Shown: positions 19,206 through 28,801 of the stretch, piece by piece
Layout: the number at the start of each line of letters is the position of its first letter
Position numbering within the stretch: position 1 is the first letter of the stretch
Assembly (NCBI GenBank): GCA_964587755.1
Contig: CAZPMC010000006.1
Location: 5,488 to 69,487 of the forward strand
Source of the DNA: an uncultured Oscillospiraceae bacterium
GTDB taxonomy: Bacteria; Bacillota; Clostridia; Acetivibrionales; DTU013
Length of the DNA stretch: 64,000 bases
Reading direction: 5' to 3'
The notes under the pieces: model-generated
Database searches by the model: none
Seen by the model: only the letters and a program-made list of their open reading frames with translations
Told to the model about the DNA's origin: nothing
Program-made: the position numbers and the translations under genes

Positions 19206-20393
19206 ATGCTAAATGAACAACGTCGCAATGCTTTGATAGAGCTTTGCAGGAATTTGATCAGTACTTATAGCGTAACCGGTTCGGAAAAGGATATTGCTCT
19301 GCTTATATGTGACCGGATGAAAGCGGCAGGCTTTGATGACGCCTGGGTGGACGAGCAGGGTAATGCAATAGGAAAGATAAAAGGTACAGGCGGAGGAAAA
19401 ACAGTACTTTTAGACGGACATATGGACACTGTTGAGGTTTCAGACATAAAGAAGTGGAAGCATGATCCTTTCGAGGCTGAAATAGACAATGGCCGTATTT
19501 ACGGAAGGGGAGCCGCTGATATGAAAGGTGCGCTTGCTGCCATGATTATGGCAGCAGGCTGGCTTGCCTCTGACAAGCGCCCGGCGGGCGATGTATATGT
19601 CACGGGCACTGCTATGGAGGAGATCTCTGAGGGATGTGCGTTGTCTCACATAATAAAAAATATAAAGCCGGACTATGTCATTATCGGTGAGGCAAGCATG
19701 CTAAATCTAAACATTGGTCAGCGTGGCCGGGGTGAAATTGTGGTAAGTACAAAAGGCAAGCCTGCTCACTCCTCAAATCCAGAGGTTGGTGTAAATGCTG
19801 TGTACAAGATGGTTAAGCTGATTGAAGGCATCCGCAATATCCCTGTTTCCAATCATGAATTACTCGGCGAAGGCATATTGGAGTTGACTGATATTATCTC
19901 ATCTCCATATCCCGGAGCATCTGTTGTGCCAGAATTGTGTACTGCCACATTTGACAGACGGCTTTTGATAAATGAGACTGAAGAGACAATTCTTGAACCA
20001 ATCCGTAAGCTCATAAATGAGCTTAAGAAGGAAGATCCAAAATTCGATGCCGAGACATATGTTGCAGGTATGGATTTGGAATTCTATACAGGATTTAAAA
20101 CAAAGCATTTAAAATTTGCCCCTGCATGGTGTCTTGATAAAGAAAAGAACGCTGATCTGATAAATTGTGCACTTGAGGCATTACGCACTTCAGGACTTGA
20201 TCCCAAAGTGTCAACCTATAAATTCTGCACAAACGGAAGTGCTTCTGCAGGCATTCACAACATTCCTACAATTGGCTTCGGACCGTGTGCGGAATCTCAA
20301 GCCCATGTAGTGGATGAATATGTTGAAATTGCTCAGCTGGAAGGAGCATGTTGCGGTTATTACAATTTGATTGACGCACTTTGCCGTCTTTAG
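19206..20393 (+). CDS. YgeY-like M20 metallohydrolase
   Basis: 395 aa. Has DGHMDTV, GRGAADMKG, QRGRGEIVV..GKPAHSS, and FCTNGSASAGIHNIPTIGFGPCAESQAHVVDE, which parallels E. coli YgeY [39 protein letters not shown] RBS upstream of ATG 19206. Confidence 0.8.
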   Translation: MLNEQRRNALIELCRNLISTYSVTGSEKDIALLICDRMKAAGFDDAWVDEQGNAIGKIKGTGGGKTVLLDGHMDTVEVSDIKKWKHDPFEAEIDNGRIYGRGAADMKGALAAMIMAAGWLASDKRPAGDVYVTGTAMEEISEGCALSHIIKNIKPDYVIIGEASMLNLNIGQRGRGEIVVSTKGKPAHSSNPEVGVNAVYKMVKLIEGIRNIPVSNHELLGEGILELTDIISSPYPGASVVPELCTATFDRRLLINETEETILEPIRKLINELKKEDPKFDAETYVAGMDLEFYTGFKTKHLKFAPAWCLDKEKNADLINCALEALRTSGLDPKVSTYKFCTNGSASAGIHNIPTIGFGPCAESQAHVVDEYVEIAQLEGACCGYYNLIDALCRL

Positions 20394-20422
20394 GGTGAAT
20401 CAAAGTTAAAGGGAGAATGTTT

Positions 20423-21838
20423 ATGGAGCTTTTAATTAAAAATGGAACGCTAATCACCGTTGATAATGAGAGAAGGGTTTTTAAAGGAGATATTGCCGTT
20501 GACAAAGGAAGGATCGTCCGCATAGGAGAAGACTTATCCGACATCAAGGCAGATAAGGTGATTGATGCTGATGGATGTGCTGTTATGCCCGGAATGATCA
20601 ACACCCACACACATATATATCAGGCTCTCATTGAAGGTATTGGCTACGATATGCATTTTGAACCCTGGAATTGGCGTTTTCTGTTTCCGGTTGTAAGCAG
20701 GATGACACCGGAGCATTCTTATGTGAGTGCGCAGGTGGCTGCTTTGGAGATGATAAAAAGCGGAACTACAACAGTATGCGACCACTGGTATATGCATACA
20801 TATTTTGAGAACGTACGCAATGTTGCGCAAGCTTTGGATCAAAGCGGAATGCGCTCCTGCATCGTATATGGTTTATTGGATCGTTCCTTTGCAGGTTCAG
20901 CCATTGACGACGAAAGCATGACAATGGTACACACCCGGGAGGATTTAATGGCTGATGCGGAAAAATTTGCAGCAAAATGGCATAGGACAAGACGCACCAC
21001 AGTTGCATTAGGAGTGGGAACAACGCAGGATGCTTCCCCAGAGCTTTTAAAAATGTCCCAGGAGTTTTGCCTTGCAAACGGTATGCAAAACAACTTCCAT
21101 GTTGCTGGCTGGAGCGAGCTTATTACAAACTGCTATAAACAATTTGGAATGCGTGATGTTGAGAACCTTGCGAGGCTCGGATATGTAGGACCAAACATGG
21201 TATATGTCCATGCCGTGTGGCTGACTCCCGAGGAGATAAAGATAATTGGGGATACGGATACAAAGGTAGCCCACTGCCCGGTTGCCAATTCGCAGCTGGC
21301 ATATGGTGTTTCACCTGTTAGCGAAATGTTGGCACGGGACGTTGCAGTCGGCTTGGGTACAGATGGTGGTGCAAGTTACACTTATGACATGTTTGAGGTG
21401 ATGCGTACAGCATCATATTTGCAAAAGCAGAAAAATCTATCAGCCGACTTTTTAACTGCTGAGCAGGCAATAGAGCTTTCCACAATTAACGGCGCCCGGG
21501 TGCTGAATATGCAGGACGAGATTGGTTCATTGGAAGCAGGTAAGAAGGCTGACATTATTATTGTAGATTTTAATAAACCACACCTGATTCCTGTAAACCG
21601 CTACACTCCCAAATTAGTGTACAGCGCAAACGGCGGTGATGTAAGGACCACCATAATCGACGGAAAGGTTGTTATGGAGGACTATGAGGTTAAGACACTT
21701 AATGAAAAAGAAATAATGAAGGATGCTATTCGCTGTGCTAAGGAACTTGTCAGCGGCGCATCAAATGATGATACAGAAAAATTACTAAATGCTCCGTGGG
21801 GACGCAAACGTCCTTATTGGAGAAGCAAGGAGGATTAA
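20423..21838 (+). CDS. amidohydrolase, ATZ/TRZ family (paralog 2)
   Basis: MPGMINTHTHIYQ, a GTDG motif and GSLEAGKKADIIIVD. GGGAG sits 7 nt upstream of ATG 20423. Confidence 0.8.
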   Translation: MELLIKNGTLITVDNERRVFKGDIAVDKGRIVRIGEDLSDIKADKVIDADGCAVMPGMINTHTHIYQALIEGIGYDMHFEPWNWRFLFPVVSRMTPEHSYVSAQVAALEMIKSGTTTVCDHWYMHTYFENVRNVAQALDQSGMRSCIVYGLLDRSFAGSAIDDESMTMVHTREDLMADAEKFAAKWHRTRRTTVALGVGTTQDASPELLKMSQEFCLANGMQNNFHVAGWSELITNCYKQFGMRDVENLARLGYVGPNMVYVHAVWLTPEEIKIIGDTDTKVAHCPVANSQLAYGVSPVSEMLARDVAVGLGTDGGASYTYDMFEVMRTASYLQKQKNLSADFLTAEQAIELSTINGARVLNMQDEIGSLEAGKKADIIIVDFNKPHLIPVNRYTPKLVYSANGGDVRTTIIDGKVVMEDYEVKTLNEKEIMKDAIRCAKELVSGASNDDTEKLLNAPWGRKRPYWRSKED

Positions 21839-21841
21839 GTT

Positions 21842-23200
21842 ATGGCTAAGCTTGAATTCCCAAAGGATTTTATTTGGGGCATCGGCAACGGTGCATATCA
21901 ATCCGAAGGTGGATACAATGAGGACGGAAGAGGCGAGACTATTTGGGACCGCTACTGTCACATACCCGGCCGGATTATTGACGGCGCCAGCGGTGATGTC
22001 ACATCGGATTTTTACCATAGGTATAAAGAGGACATTGCCCTGATGAAAAAGATGGGTATTCCGAACTTTCGCATGTCAATTTCCTGGGCGAGGATAATAC
22101 CTGACGGGAGAGGCGAAATAAATGAAAAGGGTATAGCCTTCTATCATTCTGTTTTGGATGAGCTGATAAAAAATGGTATCGAGCCCATGGTAAACCTTTA
22201 CATGTGGGATTTGCCACAGAAGCTGCAGGATATCGGAGGATGGGCAAATAGAGATGTGACAGATTACTTTGAAAGATATTGCCGGATTGTATTTAAGGAA
22301 TACGGCTCTAAGGTCAAGACCTGGCTTACATTTGATGAACCCTTCTGCTGTGCGTTTATAGGCAATTACCTGGGAACATACGCACCAGGGCTTACGGATT
22401 TCTCCACTGCTCTTTTGGTAAGCTACAATATGCTTCTTGCCCATGGCAAGGCTGTAAAAGCGTGCCATGAAATAATACCTGATGCAAAAATCGGTATAGC
22501 ACTAAACCTTTCAGACTGCAAAAGTGCAACTGACAAGAAGGAAGATATTGAAGCAGCAATTCGCGCAGACGGCTACCGTAACCGCTGGTTCCTGGATCCG
22601 ATTTACAAGGGAAGCTTCCCGCAGGACATGCTTGATTGGTACGAAAAACAGGGAGTAGTTATGCCAGAAATATTGCCGGAGGATTTGAAAATCATGTCCG
22701 AGCCACAGGATTTCCTGGGAATTAACTTCTATTCACCTCATTTCTACGTACATGACGAACAGGTCTGGCCAATAAAGCTGACTGGAGTTAAGGTAGGATA
22801 CCCGGTAAATTATATTAATTGGGAAATTGTGCCTGAGGCAATTTACAACATCCTCACCCGTGTTAAAAAAGATTACGGGGATATTGAGATAAAAATTACT
22901 GCCAACGGCAACTGTACTACGGATATTATCAATCGTGAGCACAAGCTTCTGGATGATGAGCGTATTGATTATATGTACAATCATCTTATACAGATAAATA
23001 AAGCAATTGAAGAAGGCATTCGTGTTACAGCGTATTATGCATTCTGCTTTACCGACAACCTTGAATGGACCCTTGGCTTTACTAAACGTTTCGGCCTTGT
23101 GTATGTTGATTTTAAGACTCAGGAGAGGATAGTCAAGGAAAGCGGTCACTGGTATTCTAAGGTAATAAGGGACAATGGCTTCGAGCTGGTTGACAAATAG
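21842..23200 (+). CDS. glycoside hydrolase family 1-like protein with a non-canonical active site
   Basis: Full-length GH1 fold (AYQSEGG, FRMSISWARIIPDG, NLEW, KRFGLVYVD). The TENG nucleophile motif reads ITANG (Ala354, GCC 22901-22903), NEP reads DEP (D165-E166), and YHWDLP reads YMWDLP (M121). Confidence 0.85.
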   Translation: MAKLEFPKDFIWGIGNGAYQSEGGYNEDGRGETIWDRYCHIPGRIIDGASGDVTSDFYHRYKEDIALMKKMGIPNFRMSISWARIIPDGRGEINEKGIAFYHSVLDELIKNGIEPMVNLYMWDLPQKLQDIGGWANRDVTDYFERYCRIVFKEYGSKVKTWLTFDEPFCCAFIGNYLGTYAPGLTDFSTALLVSYNMLLAHGKAVKACHEIIPDAKIGIALNLSDCKSATDKKEDIEAAIRADGYRNRWFLDPIYKGSFPQDMLDWYEKQGVVMPEILPEDLKIMSEPQDFLGINFYSPHFYVHDEQVWPIKLTGVKVGYPVNYINWEIVPEAIYNILTRVKKDYGDIEIKITANGNCTTDIINREHKLLDDERIDYMYNHLIQINKAIEEGIRVTAYYAFCFTDNLEWTLGFTKRFGLVYVDFKTQERIVKESGHWYSKVIRDNGFELVDK

Positions 23201-23263
23201 AATTTTGGAAGGCAATAGTTTTAAGCGATATAAATTTGGAATGATAGGAGATGGATAACTGCA

Positions 23264-24619
23264 ATGCGTGAATGTGATTTAATACTTGGAGGAAGCTACC
23301 TTCTCGCAATGGATGATAATGACACCCGAATCAGAAATGGTGGTGTGGCAATTAAAGATGGCAAGATTATTGCACTTGCGGAAATATCCGAGTTGAGAAA
23401 TCAGTATAAACCGAAAGAGGAAATCGTACACGAAAATGCAGTTATCCTCCCGGGCTTGATTGATGCTCATACCCATGAAACTTTAACAAGGGGCCTGCAT
23501 GAGGACCTCCCATTGATGCGGTGGTTGGAAGAGGTATGCTACCCCGTTGAGGCAAGCTATACACCGGAAGATATATATGCCGCTGCACTGATGACACAGA
23601 TGGAGCTTATACGCGGTGGAGTTACGACTTTTATTGATATATTCAGATATGCAGACCAAGCTATAAAGGTCATTGAAAAGTCCGGAATGAGAGCCATATT
23701 TACTCCCCAGTTTTTTGATGAGACTTCTGATACGCTGGAGAGTATTGATAAAACAGTGGATTTGATTGAGAAATATCATGGCAGCCAAAACGGCCGTGTC
23801 AGTGTCTGGTTTGGACCTCACGCACCTTATTCCTGCGGCCCCGAAAGCTATGCAAGGGCCGCTGAGCTTTCGAAAAAACTCGGTGTCGGAGTCCATACTC
23901 ATATGTGTGAGACAAAGGCAGAGGTTCAATTAATAAAAGAAAGATACGGAAAGGATCCTGTAGAATACCTCCATGAGGCAGGCGTTCTAGATGTTCCCTG
24001 TGTTTTGGCCCACTCTATCTACCTGACAGATGAAAATATTTCACTGTTGGCAAAGAAGCGGGATACTGCAGGACTTGTATATAACCCCATAAGCAATATG
24101 AAAATAGCCGATGGAATAGCAAGAATACCTGAGCTTCTTTCGGCGGGCTGTACGGTCGGCTTGGGCACTGATTCCAATTTATCTAACAATGGATTGGATA
24201 TGTTTGCAGAAATGCGCATAGGAAGTTACCTGCAGAAGGTGTTTAATGATGATGCGACCATAATGCCATGCTTTGAAATGCTAAAGCTGGCAACACGCGG
24301 CAGTGCAAAGGTTCTAAAAATGGAAGACAAAATAGGAAGCTTAGAACCCGGAAAATGTGCTGATGTTATTGCTGTAAGCTTCAGTAAACCGCATATGTGG
24401 CCTATTTATTATGAGAATCCAAGTAATATTGTTGAGCAGATTGTCTACTCGGCACGCGCTTCAGATGTTATAACAACTATAGTTGATGGTAAGGTTTTAA
24501 TGGATAATTATGTTATCCGGACACTTGATGAGAAAGGTGCTTTTGAGTTTATACAAAAAAGGGCAATGGATTTATATGCACGCAGCTTTCCAGACAGGGT
24601 AAGCAGTGAGAAAATATAA
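23264..24619 (+). CDS. amidohydrolase, MtaD/nucleoside-nucleobase deaminase-like (paralog 3)
   Basis: LPGLIDAHTHE..RGLHEDLPLMRWLEE, HTHMCE, a GTDS motif and GSLEPGKCADVIAV. Confidence 0.8.
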   Translation: MRECDLILGGSYLLAMDDNDTRIRNGGVAIKDGKIIALAEISELRNQYKPKEEIVHENAVILPGLIDAHTHETLTRGLHEDLPLMRWLEEVCYPVEASYTPEDIYAAALMTQMELIRGGVTTFIDIFRYADQAIKVIEKSGMRAIFTPQFFDETSDTLESIDKTVDLIEKYHGSQNGRVSVWFGPHAPYSCGPESYARAAELSKKLGVGVHTHMCETKAEVQLIKERYGKDPVEYLHEAGVLDVPCVLAHSIYLTDENISLLAKKRDTAGLVYNPISNMKIADGIARIPELLSAGCTVGLGTDSNLSNNGLDMFAEMRIGSYLQKVFNDDATIMPCFEMLKLATRGSAKVLKMEDKIGSLEPGKCADVIAVSFSKPHMWPIYYENPSNIVEQIVYSARASDVITTIVDGKVLMDNYVIRTLDEKGAFEFIQKRAMDLYARSFPDRVSSEKI

Positions 24620-24650
24620 ATATTTAAGCATGAGGAAGGAGCCAGTTAAG

Positions 24651-27434
24651 ATGAATGAAATAAAACTTACAGTAAACGGGAAACAGGTTACTGCTACCAA
24701 TCCAGAAATGACTCTTCTGAAATTCCTGCGCGAAGAATTGGGACTTGTTGGTGCAAAAGACGGGTGCAGCAGAAGCCAATGCGGTTCTTGTACGGTAATA
24801 GTAAATAAAAAAGCTGTTACTGCCTGTTCACAGAAGATGAAGAGGCTTGAGGGGGCAATTGTTGAAACTATAGAAGGATTGGCAGACGGCGACAAGCTCC
24901 ATCCCTTGCAGATTGCGTTTATGAAATTAAGTGCATTTCAGTGCGGCTTCTGTACTCCTGGAATGATAATGAAGGCTAAGGAGCTTTTAGACAAAAATCC
25001 TGACCCGTCGGAGGAAGAAATAAAAGAAGCATTAAAGAGAAACATTTGCCGCTGCACAGGGTACAAAAAGATTGTTGAAGCTGTTCAGCTGGCTGCCCGG
25101 ATTTTAAGCGGCAAAGAAGCAGTTGATTTATATGATGACGACGGCAGGGTAGGAGACCGTACTGTTCGTACCGATGCCCTTAGAAAGGTAAAGGGTCATC
25201 CTGTATACACCGATGACTACAAGCTGGTTAAACCGCTACAAGGGAAAATGCTGTTTTCTGAGTATCCTCATGCAAAGATATTGTCTATTGATATTGAAGA
25301 GGCGAAAAAAATGCCTGGTGTTGCTGCAATTGCTCTTTATAAAGACGTTCCCGGGCGAAAGGTATTTGGACAGGGAATGGTTCCGAATCAGCCTGTTATC
25401 GCAGGTGACATTGTCCGCTTTGTAGGCGATCCGGTGGCGGTAGTTTACGCGGATACAGAGGAACAAGCCTATGCAGCAATGGAACGTATTAAGGTCGAGT
25501 ATGAACCGCTGCCTGTCCTTACTTCCCCAAGAGAAGCCATGAAAGAGGATGCATTCAAGATATATGATGAGGGCAATATTCTTAAGCACCATCATACTCA
25601 CAAGGGAAATGTGGACAGGGGCTTTGAACAGTCAGATATCATAATTGAGGATACCTATTATACTCAATGTATTGATCATGGTTATATGGAGCTGGATGCA
25701 GCCCTTGCAGAATATGACGAAAATGGCAGGCTGATAGTGTACGGCTCTGTGCAGAATCCGTTAGGTCTGGTTAAGGACATAGCTGCGTGCCTGGCATTGG
25801 ACGAGGACAAGGTCCGTGTAGTTATCCGTCCAAACGGCGGTGCCTTCGGCGGAAGAGAAGAGCCTTCAGTTCATATCCAGGCAGCTTTAGGAACCCTGAT
25901 GACTGGAAGACCTGTAAGAATGGTTTTCAGCCGTGAAGAATTAAATATATTCTCAACAAAACGCCATGCAATGGAATTAAAATATAAAATCGGTGCTACC
26001 AAAGATGGCAAGCTGATGGCTATTAAGGCTGAGACTGTTGGTGATACAGGAGCCTATGATTCTTCAGGTGAATTTGTTTTATTCCGTGCATGCGTGTTTG
26101 GAGCAGGACCATATGAGATTCCAAATGCCTGGATGGACAGCTATGCAGTGTATACAAACAATGCAAATGCCGCTTCGATGCGCGGTTTTGGAAGCACCCA
26201 GCCATGCCTGGCAATGGAAGCAATGCTTGACAGGGTGGCAGAGGCATGCAACATTGACCCCTTTGAAATTCGCAGGATAAACGGATTGGATATTGGAAAG
26301 CAGACAATTACCGGCCATGTAATTGATTACGGAATAGGTTTTAAAGAAGCCCTTAATGCTATAGAAAGAGAAGTTAAGAAAGACGGATTGCCAGAACCTT
26401 CAGGTCCGAATAAGAAGATAGGTATCGGTATAGCAGGCAGTATGAAGAACGTCGGTCTGGGCTCGGGCTCTGAAGACTCTGCATGGGCTCAGATGCGTCT
26501 GGGTGAGGATGGGAAGATTGTTGTTATGATGGGTGCCGTTGAATTCGGACAAGGCTGCGATACGGTTATGGCTCAGATTGCAGCAGAGACTTTGGGTGTA
26601 TCCATCAGAAATATCCGGATGGCTCCGGTAGACACGGAATATACTCTCGACGGCGGGATTACAACTGCTTCAAGACAGACATTCGTTTCAGGCAATGCAG
26701 TTAAGACAGTCGGAAGCATTTTTAAGAACACTATGCTAAATTACGTTTCGGAAGTCTCCAAGATACCTGTTGGATATCTTGAATGTGACAAGGACGGAAT
26801 ATATGACGTACGTAAAGGGCAAAGCTTCAGGATGAGCTTTGAAGAACTGGCAAAGACAGCAAAGCAAAATAATCGTGATATACATGAAAAATATTATTAT
26901 GTTGCTCCTGAGACAAGACCTTTAAAGGAATGCTCGGATAACTTATCAAACGATGTGGTCGGACACAGGCTTCATTTCTCATACTGCTTCGGCGTACAGG
27001 CTGTAATTGTCGAGGTGGACGAGGAAACCGGAGAAGTGAAGGTGCTTCGTGCTTATGCCGCAAACGATGCAGGCCGTGCAATCAACCCTGCCCTCGTAGA
27101 AGGCCAAATCGAGGGTGGCGTTGCCATGGGAATCGGTTACGCACTTTCAGAGAACTTTGAAATGAAAGACGGGTATGTGGTGTCTAAGGAATTTAAAGAT
27201 CTGGGACTTCCAAGGTCAACAGATATCCCGACTGACATAAGGACAATTATTGTAGAAGAAAATCACCCTTATGGGCCCTTCGGTGCTAAAGGAATGGGTG
27301 AGTTGCCGTTGAATGCAACTGCACCGGCAATCTTAAATGCAATTTATGATGCTGTCGGAGTTAGAATAACATCATTACCTGTTAAGCCGGAAAAGCTTTC
27401 AGAGCTTATTAAGGATAAGAAAAAAAGTAGTTAG
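24651..27434 (+). CDS. molybdopterin-dependent hydroxylase, fused [2Fe-2S] plus Mo-binding subunit (XdhD-like, xanthine dehydrogenase family)
   Basis: 927 aa from ATG 24651. N-terminal CSRSQCGSCTV and QCGFCTPG [2Fe-2S] motifs, GGAFGGRE, and C-terminal PFGAKGMGE. No FAD-binding subunit gene is adjacent. Confidence 0.85.
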   Translation: MNEIKLTVNGKQVTATNPEMTLLKFLREELGLVGAKDGCSRSQCGSCTVIVNKKAVTACSQKMKRLEGAIVETIEGLADGDKLHPLQIAFMKLSAFQCGFCTPGMIMKAKELLDKNPDPSEEEIKEALKRNICRCTGYKKIVEAVQLAARILSGKEAVDLYDDDGRVGDRTVRTDALRKVKGHPVYTDDYKLVKPLQGKMLFSEYPHAKILSIDIEEAKKMPGVAAIALYKDVPGRKVFGQGMVPNQPVIAGDIVRFVGDPVAVVYADTEEQAYAAMERIKVEYEPLPVLTSPREAMKEDAFKIYDEGNILKHHHTHKGNVDRGFEQSDIIIEDTYYTQCIDHGYMELDAALAEYDENGRLIVYGSVQNPLGLVKDIAACLALDEDKVRVVIRPNGGAFGGREEPSVHIQAALGTLMTGRPVRMVFSREELNIFSTKRHAMELKYKIGATKDGKLMAIKAETVGDTGAYDSSGEFVLFRACVFGAGPYEIPNAWMDSYAVYTNNANAASMRGFGSTQPCLAMEAMLDRVAEACNIDPFEIRRINGLDIGKQTITGHVIDYGIGFKEALNAIEREVKKDGLPEPSGPNKKIGIGIAGSMKNVGLGSGSEDSAWAQMRLGEDGKIVVMMGAVEFGQGCDTVMAQIAAETLGVSIRNIRMAPVDTEYTLDGGITTASRQTFVSGNAVKTVGSIFKNTMLNYVSEVSKIPVGYLECDKDGIYDVRKGQSFRMSFEELAKTAKQNNRDIHEKYYYVAPETRPLKECSDNLSNDVVGHRLHFSYCFGVQAVIVEVDEETGEVKVLRAYAANDAGRAINPALVEGQIEGGVAMGIGYALSENFEMKDGYVVSKEFKDLGLPRSTDIPTDIRTIIVEENHPYGPFGAKGMGELPLNATAPAILNAIYDAVGVRITSLPVKPEKLSELIKDKKKSS

Positions 27435-27458
27435 TAAAGGTTGGAAAGAGGATTTAAT

Positions 27459-28655
27459 ATGGACAAAAAATTTTCATTGGCACCAATACAGAGGAAGGCT
27501 ACTGATAACAACAAGTTTCTCAGCGTAGAGCTGGGTGAACAGGTTGTAAATTATCACAAAAGCTTTCCTGCCTATGAGCAAACACCTTTAACCGATTTAC
27601 CAGAGCTTGCAAGGGAAATCGGAATCGAAAAGCTATATGTTAAGGATGAATCTTACCGATTCGGGCTTAATGCATTTAAGGTATTGGGCGGTAGCTACAG
27701 TATAGGTGCTTATCTCGCAAAAAGGTTACAGCTTGCTCCAAATCAGATAAACTACGGGACCCTCTGCTCTGATGCTGTCCGTGAGAAGCTGGGCGTACTA
27801 ACATTTGTCACTGCGACCGATGGGAATCACGGTCGCGGTGTGGCATGGACCGCACGGGAGCTCGGACACAAATCAGTGGTGTACATGCCTCATGGCAGCT
27901 CAGATGAGAGATTAGAAAATATAAGGGCAGAGGGCGCCGAAGCTGAGATACTTGACATGAATTATGATGAGGCTGTCAGGCTGGCAAATAAAATGGGTAA
28001 AGAGCATGGATGGATTATGGTACAGGATACGGCATGGGAAGGCTATGAGGAGATACCCCGCTGGATTATGCAGGGGTATTTGACGATGGCATATGAGGCT
28101 GCCACGCAACTGAAAGACCAAGTCCCGACTCATGTATTCTTGCAGGCAGGTGTCGGTTCATTGGCAGGGGCTGTTGCAGGTTACCTGGCTAATTACTATG
28201 GCAATAACAAGCCACAGATTGTTGTAGTTGAGCCGAATAAGGCAAACTGCATTTACAGGACTGCTGCTGCAGCTGACGATAAGCTGCACTTTGTAACAGG
28301 CAAGCTGGATACACTAATGGCAGGTTTAGCTTGTGGAGAGCCAAACCGGATAGGTTGGGAAATATTACAGGAGACTGCAGAATATGCAATATCGTGTCCT
28401 GATTGGGTAGCTGCTAAGGGAATGAGAATTTTGGCCGCTCCTATCGGAAACGACAGTAAAGTGATTTCAGGTGAAAGCGGAGCGGTTACCACAGGACTGG
28501 TCGCCCAAATCATGACAGACCCTGATTTAGCATGGATGAAGGATGAGCTGAAAATTGACAGCACGTCAAAAATCCTTTGTTTCAGTACTGAGGGGGATAC
28601 AGACAAGGAAAATTACCGCCGTATCATTTGGGACGGTGCTTACCCTGGGCTTTAA
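27459..28655 (+). CDS. dpaL: diaminopropionate ammonia-lyase (PLP-dependent), YgeX-like
   Basis: 398 aa. KDESYRFGLNAFKVLGG matches the YgeX/DpaL lysine motif region, and TATDGNHGRGVAW is present. Confidence 0.85.
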   Translation: MDKKFSLAPIQRKATDNNKFLSVELGEQVVNYHKSFPAYEQTPLTDLPELAREIGIEKLYVKDESYRFGLNAFKVLGGSYSIGAYLAKRLQLAPNQINYGTLCSDAVREKLGVLTFVTATDGNHGRGVAWTARELGHKSVVYMPHGSSDERLENIRAEGAEAEILDMNYDEAVRLANKMGKEHGWIMVQDTAWEGYEEIPRWIMQGYLTMAYEAATQLKDQVPTHVFLQAGVGSLAGAVAGYLANYYGNNKPQIVVVEPNKANCIYRTAAAADDKLHFVTGKLDTLMAGLACGEPNRIGWEILQETAEYAISCPDWVAAKGMRILAAPIGNDSKVISGESGAVTTGLVAQIMTDPDLAWMKDELKIDSTSKILCFSTEGDTDKENYRRIIWDGAYPGL

Positions 28656-28801
28656 TACAGAACATGAAAAGGTAGTTAAGAGTTAATCAAGAAAATGCAA
28701 TAACTGTATTAAAATGTTGACAATTATTAAAAAAAGAGATACTTTAGTAATATTATATAATATTTGTATTAAAGGGAAAATATTGCGGGAAGGTAAAAAT
28801 A

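Noticed and set aside
24651-27434. Selenocysteine (in-frame TGA) in the molybdenum hydroxylase or neighbouring genes.
   Set aside because: All island ORFs read through without an internal TGA. No split ORF pair joined by a TGA, and no SECIS-like hairpin, was noticed. Any selenium dependence would be as a labile cofactor ligand, which sequence alone cannot show.
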